A stretch of 64,000 bases of DNA from Candidatus Doudnabacteria bacterium. Lineage in GTDB: Bacteria > Patescibacteriota > Doudnabacteria > UBA920. The stretch spans positions 431-64,430 of the forward strand of contig JBBREH010000001.1 of the NCBI GenBank assembly GCA_038203095.1, read 5' to 3'. The position numbers and the translations under genes are program-made. Shown here piece after piece: positions 36,097 through 46,961 of the stretch (position 1 is the stretch's first letter; each line of letters starts with the position of its first letter). The notes under the pieces were generated by a model. That model was not told the origin of the DNA. It searched no databases and worked only from the letters and a program-made list of their open reading frames with translations.

Positions 36097-38367
36097 ATGC
36101 AAAAAGTTTTCAGGAATATTTTTTTTGTTTTAGTCGCGTTGTCGGTAACGGCTGCGTTTTGGGTGTCCAAGGAATTTTTATTTCCTTTTGTCACCACCAA
36201 AGCCTTCTTTTTTCGTATTTGTATTGAACTGGCACTACCGTTTTACGTTTATTTTTTGGTGTCGGACAAAAAACTTAGGCCAAATTTAAGAAATCCGCTG
36301 TCTTTGGCTGTGCTGGCCTTTCTGGCGGTTAATGTTGCCTCGGCTTTTTTTGGGGCGAGCGTGGTGCGCAGCTTTTGGGGGAACTTTGAACGTATGGGCG
36401 GCGTGTTTTATTTGGGTCATTTGGCGGCTTTATATTTTTACGTTTTGGCTATGGGTCAAATGCCCGGCGACTACATACGCAAGTTTTTAAAGGTAATGCT
36501 TTTGGTCGCGGCGGTAATTACTTTAAACGGTATTTTTGGCTGGCTGAATTTACCGACCCTGGTGGCCGATCCATCTTTGCCTGCTAGAGTCTCAAGCACT
36601 TTGGGTAACCCAATTTATTTAGGTAGTTATTTAATTATCCCATTATTTTTGGCATTATTTTTTACCTTTCAGGCCAAAAATAAATTAGACAAAGCCGTAT
36701 ATTATTTTTTAGCTTTAGCTTTTGCCTGGGGAATTTTTTTAAGCAACACGCGCGGAGCCTTAGTTGGGCTGATTGCCGGAGCCTTTATTTGCGCGATTGT
36801 TTATTTGGCATTAAATCCGAATAAGAAAATTAAACAATATGGTTTTATAATTTTTGGCATTTTGGCGACCTTGGTGTTTATGATGTTTATTTATAGCAGT
36901 AAGCTGCCTAAGAGCGTAGAAAGAATTTTTACGCTCAAAGACAGCAACACTTTGGCGCGTTTAATTCAGTGGAAAATCGCTCTGTCAGGCTACAAAGACC
37001 GGCCGCTACTTGGCACAGGGCCGGAAAATTATTACGTAATTGCCAACCAATACTACCGCCCCGAACTGGCGCAGTACGACCGCAGTTGGTTTGACAAGCC
37101 CCATAATTACATTTTGGAAATTTTGGTAACTAACGGCATTTTAGGATTAATCTCCTATTTGGCAATTTTAGGCTTTATAATAACGGCGCTGTATAAAGGC
37201 TACAAAGCAGAGTTTTATGGTTTGGAGGAATTTTGTTTGTTGCTCGGGGCACTGTTTTCATATCAGGTTCAAAATTTGACCGTGTTTGATACCGTGCCGG
37301 CCAGCTTAATGTTTTATGGTTTTATGGGTTTTGCCGGTTACGTTTGGACAATTTCCCAAACTTCGTTAGTTGAGGTTAAAGCAAAAGAAGCTTTGCCGGT
37401 TTTTAACATTCGGCCGCTGGCATTTTCGGCATTGGGTGTAACTTTTTTATTAATGGCTTATACAATTTACGCCACGGAAATTATTCCAATGCAAATTGCC
37501 AAAAATGTTAACTACGGCTTTGCTTACGCCTCGGTGGACCCGGCCAAAGCTTTTGAATACTTTCAAGTTGCCACATCTTTACCGTTTAATTTTGACAAAA
37601 CCGAAACCGCCAGCAAGTTTGACGAGTTCGCGGCCAATTACGCCCGCAGTGCCGGGCAAAAGGACCAGACCAGGGCGCTTGCAATTCTAGACTCGGCCAG
37701 TGCGTTTACCCAAGAGGCTTTGGCTACCCAGCCCGATTATCCCATTTTGTGGCAGCGAATGTCAGGCCTATATTTATTTCGGTCGGTTCAAATAGGCGGG
37801 AAAGTGGTTGTTGACCCCAGAGCCGAAGAAGCGGCTCAAAAGGCTATTAGTTTAGCCCCCAAAAGGGAAGAGGGGTATTTGGCCTTAGCTCAAATTCGCG
37901 CGCTTCAGGGCGACAACAAGACAGCTAAAGATTTGTTAGCTCAAGCTATGGAAAATTTTCCGGCCGATGCCGGCGTTAAAGTTCAGTTAGCCAATATGTA
38001 CCGGCTTGAGGGTCAAACCGAAAAAGCCGTGGCACTAATGGAGCAGGCAGTTAAGCAGGGTTATGGTTTTAGCAGTTTTGGGGAAATTGAATGGCTTTCC
38101 AATTATTACGTTGGGCTTAAAGAGTACGATAGAGCTATGGATTTGCTTGTGTTAGGACAAAAACTGGAGCCTAACAACTTGCTGGTATTTATAGATTTAG
38201 CCAAGCTCTACGCCGTTTCGGGCAAAAATGATTTGGCCAAAAATTTAGCGGAAAATATTATGAAGTTCGACGCCTCCCGCGCAAAAGAAATGCAAGCGCT
38301 AATAAATTCCTTGCCAAAATCGGGACAAGTTGCCGGAACTGCCAGCGGGACGCCGGCAGGGAAATAG
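36097..38367 (+). CDS. O-antigen ligase (Wzy_C) family protein with C-terminal TPRs (paralog)
   Basis: STLGNPIYLG, SNTRGA, RLIQW, GTGPENY, KPHN; TPR tail. Confidence 0.88.
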   Translation: MQKVFRNIFFVLVALSVTAAFWVSKEFLFPFVTTKAFFFRICIELALPFYVYFLVSDKKLRPNLRNPLSLAVLAFLAVNVASAFFGASVVRSFWGNFERMGGVFYLGHLAALYFYVLAMGQMPGDYIRKFLKVMLLVAAVITLNGIFGWLNLPTLVADPSLPARVSSTLGNPIYLGSYLIIPLFLALFFTFQAKNKLDKAVYYFLALAFAWGIFLSNTRGALVGLIAGAFICAIVYLALNPNKKIKQYGFIIFGILATLVFMMFIYSSKLPKSVERIFTLKDSNTLARLIQWKIALSGYKDRPLLGTGPENYYVIANQYYRPELAQYDRSWFDKPHNYILEILVTNGILGLISYLAILGFIITALYKGYKAEFYGLEEFCLLLGALFSYQVQNLTVFDTVPASLMFYGFMGFAGYVWTISQTSLVEVKAKEALPVFNIRPLAFSALGVTFLLMAYTIYATEIIPMQIAKNVNYGFAYASVDPAKAFEYFQVATSLPFNFDKTETASKFDEFAANYARSAGQKDQTRALAILDSASAFTQEALATQPDYPILWQRMSGLYLFRSVQIGGKVVVDPRAEEAAQKAISLAPKREEGYLALAQIRALQGDNKTAKDLLAQAMENFPADAGVKVQLANMYRLEGQTEKAVALMEQAVKQGYGFSSFGEIEWLSNYYVGLKEYDRAMDLLVLGQKLEPNNLLVFIDLAKLYAVSGKNDLAKNLAENIMKFDASRAKEMQALINSLPKSGQVAGTASGTPAGK

Positions 38368-38425
38368 GCTTATTGTGTAGTTGCTTGCAGTATTGTAGTC
38401 CGCCCGATTTTATGGGCTGTTAAGC

Positions 38426-38596
38426 AATTGGGGTCATATGGAATTTTGCCAATGTCGGCAGGGTAAATAATAGCGTTCGACTTTATGGAGAACCTATTAT
38501 TTACTTTCGCTTAAGCGAAAAATATCTTCTCCATAAAGTCGAAGAATATTTTCCGCCGCCGCTCAACAATGGTCAAATTCCATATGGCTCACAATT
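38426..38596. mobile_element. ~171-bp fold-back element nested within a GTAG REP doublet
   Basis: AATTGGGGTCATATGGAATTT ... AAATTCCATATGGCTCACAATT, inner TTCGACTTTATGGAGAA/TTCTCCATAAAGTCGAA; REP halves at ~38394 and ~38600-38655. Confidence 0.6.
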
Positions 38597-38673
38597 AGGA
38601 CAGCCGATGAATCCCTGCACTATCAAGATCGTGCGTGAATGAATCGGCTAACTACGCCACTAATATCCATCAT

Positions 38674-39441
38674 ATGACAAAAAAAGACACATCTTGGGGC
38701 AAAGTCGCCAACTGGTACAACAAGCATTTGGAAGAAGGGGATGATACTTACCAGGAAAAATTAATTAAGCCTAACTTGCTTAGAATTTTGGCTCCGCGTG
38801 TGGGTGAAAATATTTTAGATGTGGGCTGTGGGCAGGGTTATTTTTCGCGTGTGTTGGCGGCTGCTGGCGCGAAAATTGTGGGTGTTGATGTTGCAGGGGA
38901 GTTAATTAGGCTTGCCAAGGAGCAGGCAGGTAAAAACGAGGTTTATTTAGTTTTGTCCGCAGAAAAACTTGCAACGCTTGCCGACAGCCGTTTTGATGCC
39001 GCCATTTGCGTTTTGGCTTTGCAAAATATAAAAAATTTACAGGCCGCGATTTTGGAAATGTCGCGTGTACTTAAAACAGGCGGCCGCGCGGTATTGGTGC
39101 TAAACCATCCTGCGTTCCGCGTGCCGGGAGCGTCGGCATGGGCTTATGACGAAAAAGCGAATATCCAATATCGTAATATCAACAAATATCTTTCCGAGGT
39201 TTCTATGGAAGTTGATATGACCCAAGGCATAGTGGACCCTAAAAAGAAAAAATTTACCCTGTCTTTTCACCACCCTCTACAAGTCTACTTTAAAGCCTTT
39301 TTTAAAGCCGGACTTGTTGTAACCCGCCTGGAAGAATGGACTTCCCACAAAACTTCCGACACCGGCCCACGCAAACCCGCAGAAGACAAAGCCCGCAAAG
39401 AAATCCCGCTATTTATGTGCTTGGAGTTGAGGAAAATATAA
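38674..39441 (+). CDS. Class I SAM-dependent methyltransferase
   Basis: ILDVGCGQG, FDAAICVLALQN, RVLKTGGR, NHPAF. Confidence 0.9.
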   Translation: MTKKDTSWGKVANWYNKHLEEGDDTYQEKLIKPNLLRILAPRVGENILDVGCGQGYFSRVLAAAGAKIVGVDVAGELIRLAKEQAGKNEVYLVLSAEKLATLADSRFDAAICVLALQNIKNLQAAILEMSRVLKTGGRAVLVLNHPAFRVPGASAWAYDEKANIQYRNINKYLSEVSMEVDMTQGIVDPKKKKFTLSFHHPLQVYFKAFFKAGLVVTRLEEWTSHKTSDTGPRKPAEDKARKEIPLFMCLELRKI

Positions 39442-39658
39442 TGGTAACAGTTCGCAACCTTGAGTAGATTGGAGTTTTGTTGATGTTCCCCGATGTAGCG
39501 CAGGCCATCGGCCTGCCAAATACTGGCAAATATGATAATACGTTCAGTCCTCTAAGCTCTTACACTTAACATTACTAATAAAATTTTGTCTTATTTGACA
39601 AGGTTTTTAAAATCGTTATTATATTTAAAAGGGTAAAATTAATTTTAAACGAAACAAA

Positions 39659-40018
39659 ATGACAAAAATACAAAAAATTTGGCTAGGAATATTTTTAGCC
39701 ATGTTTATTATGCCGGAGGTATTGTGGAGCCCTATAGTGAAGTTTTGGATTAGTTGGTACCAACCAACAGTGCAGGGTCATTATCAGGTTTGGAGACAAA
39801 ACTTTTTGGATAATTATGGAAATTCTGGACTATGGAGCCATATTCTATTAGTTCAATTTTTCGGGCTTTTTTTAACCACTATATATTTATTAGTTGTTAG
39901 GAAAACTTTTAAAAATAAAATTTTATTTTGGACAGCTTTCTGCCTGTTTTCATTTGCTGCTGTATTTGTATTTTATATTCATGGATTTTCAACTATTAAT
40001 TTTGGTTCATTGCCGTAA
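39659..40018 (+). CDS. Small polytopic membrane protein
   Basis: Three hydrophobic segments, 119 aa. Confidence 0.7.
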   Translation: MTKIQKIWLGIFLAMFIMPEVLWSPIVKFWISWYQPTVQGHYQVWRQNFLDNYGNSGLWSHILLVQFFGLFLTTIYLLVVRKTFKNKILFWTAFCLFSFAAVFVFYIHGFSTINFGSLP

Positions 40019-40059
40019 AGCGAAACAAAATTAAAATCAAATAATACCTCAAGGAAGTT

Positions 40060-42873
40060 ATGAAAATATTAAAACAGAATCATTATTATATTTTATTTGC
40101 TTCCTTGACTTTATTTGTTCTATTTCCACCCAAAGTCTCGGCAAGCAGTGTTTATTTTGCCCAGAATAACTCTACCGGCAATGTGTTTTATGAATATATT
40201 TATTTAGCGCATAACGGACATAGCTACCAAGGCGATGACAGCTCCGGTCATTCATTTGGATCCGATTTTGCAGATTATATAGCCAACTTTGCTAATGGGT
40301 CTGACTACCCTATTGCCACAACCTCCGTGACTTCCTATGTCACGGATATTATTTTGCAAATTAAAGATACTAACCTCACAGAGAACGCTGATTATGCCAT
40401 TCAGTTTGACTGTATTGGATTTGACGGTTCCTATCTCGGTGCTTTCCATTCCGCATATGTAAATTCCTCAGCTTTTTCTGATGATTTTGTTTCAGTAGAT
40501 TTCCCTTTTTCCGGCATAAACTGCGATTTAAGCAAATATCAAATACATCAAATTGTTGAGTATAGGGGCGGTCAGTCGGTTGTGCAAACTGCTATTCGAG
40601 TCCGAGCCCAAAATACTAATTCGTTAAATGGGTACGGCCTGTCCAATGATAATGGTACTATTATTGATGATTACGAACCACAGATGGTTATTAAAAGCGG
40701 ACCGCTGGTGGCAAAAACTCCGGTGTTGATTGTGCCAGGGACTTTGGGAACAGAAATAGATAAAGGTGCCGATATTCTTTGGCCAAATATAGATAAGATG
40801 TTCTCGGTGAGTCCGATTCACTCCGATGATTTTATGGATCCGTTGGCTTTTAACCAAGATGGCAGTCCTTTGAATGCAAGTTTGAGCTTAGGGCAGGTAC
40901 TAACAGTCTCAGTTCAAGCTTTTAATTATTCTCAAAAACTTCTTGAAGATTTTATTTCCCAGGGATATGCTACCGATACCAACTTGTCCCTTTTTCCCTA
41001 CGACTGGCGCGATGACATTGCTAAAAACGCAAATACTGTTTTAAGTCAAAAAATAGATCAACTGATAGCTTCTTCCGGCTCATCCAAAATTGATATTATT
41101 GCGCATAGCCAGGGCGGGTTGCTCATAAAAAAATTATTACTTGACCATCCCGAATACCAGACGAAAATTAATAAGTTAGTTTTTGTAGGTACGCCCAATT
41201 TAGGCTCGCCGAAATCTTTAAAGGTATTGATCTATGGCGATGATTTTGGTATTAAAAAATATGGTTTAGGGCTCGACCCGCTTGAAATAAAAAAAATTTC
41301 CCAAAACATGCCTTCGGTTTATCAAATGCTGCCCAGTCGGGAATATTTTAACCATTCCTCAGGTTATTTGGGGCAATATACTTTTAACTTGGATTCTAAA
41401 TCTGGCAAGATTCTCCCTACTTTTGACGAAACAAAAAATATCCTCAAAACACCTTTTTATAATTTAAACAGCAGTTTGGTTGACAGCGCCGACACTTTTC
41501 ATTCATCAGCCTTTGATAACTTTGACTTTAGCAATACCGGCATTAAGACTTTTAACATTATGGGTTGTAAATCTGCCACCATTGGTAAAATGTTTATTAA
41601 TGGAACTGGCGGAAAAGATGATATTACTTACGAGCCGGGGGATGGCACGGTGCCTTTAATTTCGGCCAGTAATATTAACGGAGCGCAGAATTTTTATGTT
41701 ACTAAAACTGGGGACATCCATGGAACTATGTTAACAACGGATGGAGTGCGTCAAAAAATAGTAAATATTATTGCCGATACCAACATTCCAACCTCCGGCC
41801 TTATTACCTCAAATCCCGCGCTTTGCGTGTTTAAAGGGAAGAAAGTAGAAGTCCATAGCCCCGTGGATTTGAATATTTACGATGAGAATAACAACCACGT
41901 TGGTCCCAACCCAGACGGCAGTTTTGACTATCAAATAGAAGGCGTGCAGTATGATGAAATTGGTCATAATAAATATGCTTTTCTGCCTGATGACGGACAT
42001 ATTTATACGCTTAAGTTAAACGCCACCGGCATGGGAAGTTTTAATTTTTATTCTTCAAGTGTAAACGGCAGTCAAACAGATAATATTGCTTATTATAGTG
42101 ATGTACTTATTGCTTCTTCTTCCACAGCCCAAGTAATCCTAAATTCTGATAACAATCAAACAATTGATTTTACCAGCGACAGCAGAACAATTGCTCCTTC
42201 CTCAATTTTAGACGCCAATCAGTCCCTTGACCCCATCTCTCCCATTTCAACCTCCACCATAACCGGTAGTTTAACTAGTCCTGGGGTTTACACTGGCAGT
42301 GTTAGTATCAGCTTGTTAGCAACTGATCCTGTTATTGTTGGCAAGGAGAACCAGACATCGGCAGTGCTTAAAACCCAATATGGTCTTGATGGGGGAGGCT
42401 ATCAAACTTACAGCACCACATCGCCGGTTAGCGTATCATCCGAAGGCCAACATAGCATAACCTTCTTCTCCACTGACCGTGCAGGTAACAATGAGCCGGA
42501 GCAGACGGTTAGTTTTGCCATCATAAAGCAGGTTGTTTCATCAGGCGACGGGGGCGGGGGAGGAGGGCCATCACAATTTAATACACCTTTTTACTTCATT
42601 ACAACACCCACAACCGCAGGCCGGGTTTTGGGCACCAGCACAACGGCTTCCATAGTTAATCCCCTAATTAGCCAGTTGCCGCCACAGCCCCAGCTCCGCC
42701 ATAAGGAAGGTAGCTTAATTGTGGACGCTAGAGGTACAGTTTACCTGGTTCAAAAGCAGTTGCTTCGTCCATTTACTTCAGCCAAACGTTTTTTGTTTTT
42801 AAAATTCAAGTTCAAAAATGTCAGCCCTATGTTAGAAGGTGACAGTGGTTATTTTTTGGGGATGCCGATGTGA
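40060..42873 (+). CDS. Secreted alpha/beta-hydrolase (LCAT/PGAP1-like lipase/acyltransferase) with Ig-like and surface-repeat domains
   Basis: PVLIVPG, FPYDWR, AHSQGG, GTPNLGS, GDGTVP; EGQHSITFFSTDRAGNNE; C-terminal GTVYLV..LRPFTS. Confidence 0.82.
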   Translation: MKILKQNHYYILFASLTLFVLFPPKVSASSVYFAQNNSTGNVFYEYIYLAHNGHSYQGDDSSGHSFGSDFADYIANFANGSDYPIATTSVTSYVTDIILQIKDTNLTENADYAIQFDCIGFDGSYLGAFHSAYVNSSAFSDDFVSVDFPFSGINCDLSKYQIHQIVEYRGGQSVVQTAIRVRAQNTNSLNGYGLSNDNGTIIDDYEPQMVIKSGPLVAKTPVLIVPGTLGTEIDKGADILWPNIDKMFSVSPIHSDDFMDPLAFNQDGSPLNASLSLGQVLTVSVQAFNYSQKLLEDFISQGYATDTNLSLFPYDWRDDIAKNANTVLSQKIDQLIASSGSSKIDIIAHSQGGLLIKKLLLDHPEYQTKINKLVFVGTPNLGSPKSLKVLIYGDDFGIKKYGLGLDPLEIKKISQNMPSVYQMLPSREYFNHSSGYLGQYTFNLDSKSGKILPTFDETKNILKTPFYNLNSSLVDSADTFHSSAFDNFDFSNTGIKTFNIMGCKSATIGKMFINGTGGKDDITYEPGDGTVPLISASNINGAQNFYVTKTGDIHGTMLTTDGVRQKIVNIIADTNIPTSGLITSNPALCVFKGKKVEVHSPVDLNIYDENNNHVGPNPDGSFDYQIEGVQYDEIGHNKYAFLPDDGHIYTLKLNATGMGSFNFYSSSVNGSQTDNIAYYSDVLIASSSTAQVILNSDNNQTIDFTSDSRTIAPSSILDANQSLDPISPISTSTITGSLTSPGVYTGSVSISLLATDPVIVGKENQTSAVLKTQYGLDGGGYQTYSTTSPVSVSSEGQHSITFFSTDRAGNNEPEQTVSFAIIKQVVSSGDGGGGGGPSQFNTPFYFITTPTTAGRVLGTSTTASIVNPLISQLPPQPQLRHKEGSLIVDARGTVYLVQKQLLRPFTSAKRFLFLKFKFKNVSPMLEGDSGYFLGMPM

Positions 42874-42876
42874 AAG

Positions 42877-43980
42877 CTATTTTTTTATAATTTTTTCGTA
42901 AACTTTTTTTGTTTCTTCAAACATTTTTTCCGCGGTAAAGAGCTTGGCTCTTTCGGAGGATTTTTTGGAGAGTAATTGCACTCTATTACTATCTAGTAAT
43001 AGAGTGCTAAGCGCGGCGCTTAAGGCTTTGGGGTTTTCGGGGTCTACTAAAATGCCGGCATTGCCTAAGGCTTCCGCGTTTCCGCCAACGTTAGTGGCAA
43101 TTATTGGCAAACCTGTCTGCATGGCCTCCAGAAGGGCATACGGAAAGCCTTCTTTGCGGGATGGCAAAACAAAAATGTCCAGCGCTTTTAAATACCTGGC
43201 TGCTTGGTCAACTTTTCCTAGCATGACTACGATGTGTTTCAATCTTAAATCTTTAATCTTTAATCTTAAATCTTCTGACTCCGGCCCATCGCCGAACAGT
43301 ATAACCTGAATTTTGCCTTTTATATCATCGCTCATCATCGCAATTGCTTCTATTAGTACATCCACACCTTTAGTTTTGTAAAAATTGGCAACGCATCCGA
43401 TCAGGATTTTATTGGTTGCCAAACCGAGTGTTTGCCGCGCTTCATCCCGTTCAAAAAAATCTATCGGTTCAAGGCCATTATGGATTACAGAGATTTTATC
43501 TACGCTAATTAAGTGATTATCCAGCGCGGACTGTTTGTCGGCATTGGATACACAAATAATAAAATCGCGGTAAGCAGAAGCGGTTTTTTCCAGAGCAATG
43601 TAAAAAGATTTTAGGGCGTAAGAAAGTGGCTCGTTAAAAATAAAGCCGTGCGCGGTAAACACCACCTTAGTTTTTAGCCCAATCGCAGCAAAACTGCCCA
43701 AGACCCCGGCCTTGGAAGAATTTAAGTGGACAACATCAGGTTTGTAGTTTTTAATCAGCTCACGGATTTCCCATGCGCCTAAAAAATCGTGCCAGGGGTT
43801 AATGGCGCGCTTTAAATGTTCCAGCGGAAAAGTTTCCACGCCGAATTTGGTTGCCTCACGGAAAAGCCTGTTTTCGTTGCTTCCCGCGGCAATGGCGCCG
43901 CCAAAATGCCTAGCCATTTCCAGAGTGTAATTTTGTGCCCCGCCGCCATCGGCTTGGGTAATAATGTAGAGAAGTTTCAT
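42877..43980 (-). CDS. GT4 glycosyltransferase
   Basis: GGAQ, VHLNSSKAG, KGVDVLIEA, PSRKEGFPYALLEAM. Confidence 0.92.
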   Translation of the reverse strand: MKLLYIITQADGGGAQNYTLEMARHFGGAIAAGSNENRLFREATKFGVETFPLEHLKRAINPWHDFLGAWEIRELIKNYKPDVVHLNSSKAGVLGSFAAIGLKTKVVFTAHGFIFNEPLSYALKSFYIALEKTASAYRDFIICVSNADKQSALDNHLISVDKISVIHNGLEPIDFFERDEARQTLGLATNKILIGCVANFYKTKGVDVLIEAIAMMSDDIKGKIQVILFGDGPESEDLRLKIKDLRLKHIVVMLGKVDQAARYLKALDIFVLPSRKEGFPYALLEAMQTGLPIIATNVGGNAEALGNAGILVDPENPKALSAALSTLLLDSNRVQLLSKKSSERAKLFTAEKMFEETKKVYEKIIKK

Positions 43981-44105
43981 AATTTCAGATTTTAGATTGA
44001 TGATTTTAGATTGACTACATCTTATATTTTATTCTACCTTAAAATTCATTGATTTAAAAGGGTTTTTATGGTAAAGTGTTAAGGATTAAAGATTAAGGAT
44101 TAAAA

Positions 44106-46157
44106 ATGTCAAGCAAAAAGATTGCGCTCATTACCGGTATTACGGGCCAAGATGGCTCATATTTGGCGGAATTTTTATTGGCCAAAGGTTACGAGGTTCA
44201 CGGAATTATCCGTCGTGCTAGCGTATTTAATACCGAACGCATTGAACAAATTTATCAGGATCCTAACCTGCCGCACAGACAGTTATTTTTGCATTACGGC
44301 GATTTAGCCGACGCTTCAAATTTAAACCAGTTGCTTAAAAAAATTCAGCCTACAGAAATTTATAATTTGGGTGCGCAAAGTCACGTAAAAGTGAGTTTTG
44401 AAATTCCGGAATATACCGCCAATATTGACGCTTTGGGAACTTTAAGGTTGCTAGATGCCATCAGGGAAAATAAAATTGCCACCAAGTTTTACCAGGCGGG
44501 TTCCAGCGAAATGTTTGGCGATGTTCTACAAACACCCCAGTCGGAAAAGACGCCTTTTAATCCGGCCAGTCCTTACGGCGCGGCAAAAGTTTTTTCCCAT
44601 CATATTTGCAAAAATTATCGCGAGGCTTACGGAATGTTTATTTGCAACGGCATTTTATTTAATCACGAATGCTTAACAGCCCAAACCCCTTTGGTAATTA
44701 GAAAGAATGGGCTTTTAGATATTGCCGCAATAGAAGAAATAGTTCCTCATAGAGAAAATCCAAAACACGGAATTAAATACACAACAGTTGCCGATAAAGA
44801 GTTAGAAGTTTGGGATGGGGGTAAGTGGACAGCAATAAAAATACTAACAGCAACTTGGAATGAGTCCGGTTCTAAAAATGACAAAAAGCTCAAAAGAGTG
44901 ATTAGTAGGGGGGCTTACTATGAGGCCACAAGCGATCATATTTCATTTTTGGAAGGAGGGCGGGAAATCAAGACTGTCGATTTGTTCAAGGGAAACTGTT
45001 TGGAGCTAAAAAAGTTACCTGCTTTAACTAATATTATGTCTCTTACCTTAGAAGAAGCGGAATTTTTGGGTATGATGGCAGGCGATGGGTATATCAGTCA
45101 AGAAGGCAAAGGTAGATTTATAAATAATAATAAGTCATTACGAGAACGGATTGTTAAATTGTGGCAACAGATTGCGGGAGGCTTTAGCAGGGAAGGTGAA
45201 CATCCAAGCGGGTTCGTAAAGGGCAAAAACGTAAAATCAATAGAGTTGGCGGGCAATCCTCGTTATTTGCGTTATATATGGAGCGAACTTTACAATGAGA
45301 AATTGTTTAAAAAAGTTCCTGGCAGAGTTTTAAATAGTAATATTCAGGTTATGAGAGCCTTTTTAAGGGGCTACAACCTATGCGACGGTCTTAAAGCCGG
45401 CAAGCAAAGAACAGAGTTTAAGTCTTTTACAACCAATTCTGCGGTGTTGGCGTCTGGTTTGTGGTGGCTGCTAGATCAAGCAATGGGTTTAAGAATTACT
45501 CTGCACCCAGAATTTAGAAAGGATAAATTGTATTTTCATTTGAATATAAATACTGACAAGGTTACTTTAAAAGGCAAGCATCTCAAGAAGAAAATAAATG
45601 AAATTAAAGATGTAAAAGATTTTAAGTATACGGGATGGTTGTTTGACCTTGAAACAGAAAGTGGGACTTTTTCGGCGGGGGTAGGGTTATCATGGGTGCA
45701 TAATTCCCCAAGGCGCGGTAAAACTTTTGTGACGCGCAAAATTACTACAGGCATTGCGTCTATTTTGGCCGGAAAAACCAAGAAGATTTACCTGGGAAAT
45801 TTAAACGCCAAGCGGGATTGGGGTTTTGCGCCTGAGTACATAGAGGCTATGTGGCTAATGTTGCAGCAAAATAAGCCGGATGATTACGTAATTGCCACGG
45901 GCGAAACCCATTCAATTAAAGAATTTTTAGATATTGCTTTTAAGCTCGTGGGAATTAAAGACTGGAAAAAATACATTGGTATTGACCCAAAATATTATCG
46001 TCCTCAGGAGGTTAATCTTTTGCTCGGCGACGCCGGCAAAGCCAAAAAAAAGTTAGGCTGGAAACCCAAGGTGAAATTTAAAGAGTTGGTTAAAATAATG
46101 TTGGAAGCGGATTTAAAAGAAATCGGCCTAAGCCCGGCAAAATATATTAAAGTATGA
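44106..46157 (+). CDS. gmd: GDP-mannose 4,6-dehydratase containing an intein
   Basis: [37 protein letters not shown]|...|SPRRG.TFVTRK, RDWG. Confidence 0.95.
   Translation: MSSKKIALITGITGQDGSYLAEFLLAKGYEVHGIIRRASVFNTERIEQIYQDPNLPHRQLFLHYGDLADASNLNQLLKKIQPTEIYNLGAQSHVKVSFEIPEYTANIDALGTLRLLDAIRENKIATKFYQAGSSEMFGDVLQTPQSEKTPFNPASPYGAAKVFSHHICKNYREAYGMFICNGILFNHECLTAQTPLVIRKNGLLDIAAIEEIVPHRENPKHGIKYTTVADKELEVWDGGKWTAIKILTATWNESGSKNDKKLKRVISRGAYYEATSDHISFLEGGREIKTVDLFKGNCLELKKLPALTNIMSLTLEEAEFLGMMAGDGYISQEGKGRFINNNKSLRERIVKLWQQIAGGFSREGEHPSGFVKGKNVKSIELAGNPRYLRYIWSELYNEKLFKKVPGRVLNSNIQVMRAFLRGYNLCDGLKAGKQRTEFKSFTTNSAVLASGLWWLLDQAMGLRITLHPEFRKDKLYFHLNINTDKVTLKGKHLKKKINEIKDVKDFKYTGWLFDLETESGTFSAGVGLSWVHNSPRRGKTFVTRKITTGIASILAGKTKKIYLGNLNAKRDWGFAPEYIEAMWLMLQQNKPDDYVIATGETHSIKEFLDIAFKLVGIKDWKKYIGIDPKYYRPQEVNLLLGDAGKAKKKLGWKPKVKFKELVKIMLEADLKEIGLSPAKYIKV
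44670..45704 (+). mobile_element. Intein with LAGLIDADG homing endonuclease (345 aa)
   Basis: Starts with C (CLTAQT), block [15 protein letters not shown] and [10 protein letters not shown], ends FDLET...VHN with +1 Ser; removal leaves a 338-aa Gmd. Confidence 0.93.
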
Positions 46158-46945
46158 AATTGTTGAGCCTAAACATTTGGGGCGGCACGCAGGGGCAGCC
46201 GCTCTTTAATTATTTGATGGCTGAGGCAAAAGATACTGATATTTTTTGTTTTCAGGAAGTATTTTCGGCCAAAGAACCCGCTCCGTTGGTCAGTTCGGAA
46301 GCGCGAATGTACATGTTTGAAGAGCTGGAAAAAATGCTACCCAGTTTTCATGGGGTTTTTTGCCAAAGAAGCAGCGGTTATAATTACCATAGTGCGGTTG
46401 AGTTTCCCGTTTCTCATGGCCTGGCAATTTTTGTTAAAGAGAGCATAAAAATAATTGGCAGCCGAGCAGAAACAATAGGTGCGCCTACAGACCCTCATGC
46501 CAGCTTGGCAGATGGCGATACTAAAATTCAAATTTTGGATCTTGCTTTGGCCAACGGTTCTTTGTCTGTATTTAATTATCACGGACCGGCTTTGCCGGGT
46601 GACAAGCTGGACACCCCCGAAAGAATTTTGTGCTCGGAGGCTTTAAAAGCACTTTTGGAAAAGTCACAATCAAAAGCAAAAATTCTTTGCGGGGATTTTA
46701 ATTTAATGCCCGAAACCCAAAGCATAAAAATATTGGAGGCAGGCATGAGAAATTTAATTAAGGAATATGCTATTAAAAGTACCAGAAATAAAATTTCGTG
46801 GAATAAATATCATAACATCCAGCATTTTGCGGATTATACTTTTGTCTCGCCGGGAGTTGAAGTAAAAAGTTTTGAGGTACCCTATAATGAAGTTTCCGAC
46901 CATTTGCCAATGATTCTGGAATTCTTGATAGATGCGCCTTTTTAA
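46154..46945 (+). CDS. Endonuclease/exonuclease/phosphatase family protein
   Basis: LSLNIW, FQEV, GDFN, DYTF, SDHLP. Confidence 0.88.
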   Translation: MKLLSLNIWGGTQGQPLFNYLMAEAKDTDIFCFQEVFSAKEPAPLVSSEARMYMFEELEKMLPSFHGVFCQRSSGYNYHSAVEFPVSHGLAIFVKESIKIIGSRAETIGAPTDPHASLADGDTKIQILDLALANGSLSVFNYHGPALPGDKLDTPERILCSEALKALLEKSQSKAKILCGDFNLMPETQSIKILEAGMRNLIKEYAIKSTRNKISWNKYHNIQHFADYTFVSPGVEVKSFEVPYNEVSDHLPMILEFLIDAPF

Positions 46946-46961
46946 TGGTAAAATAATTTAT

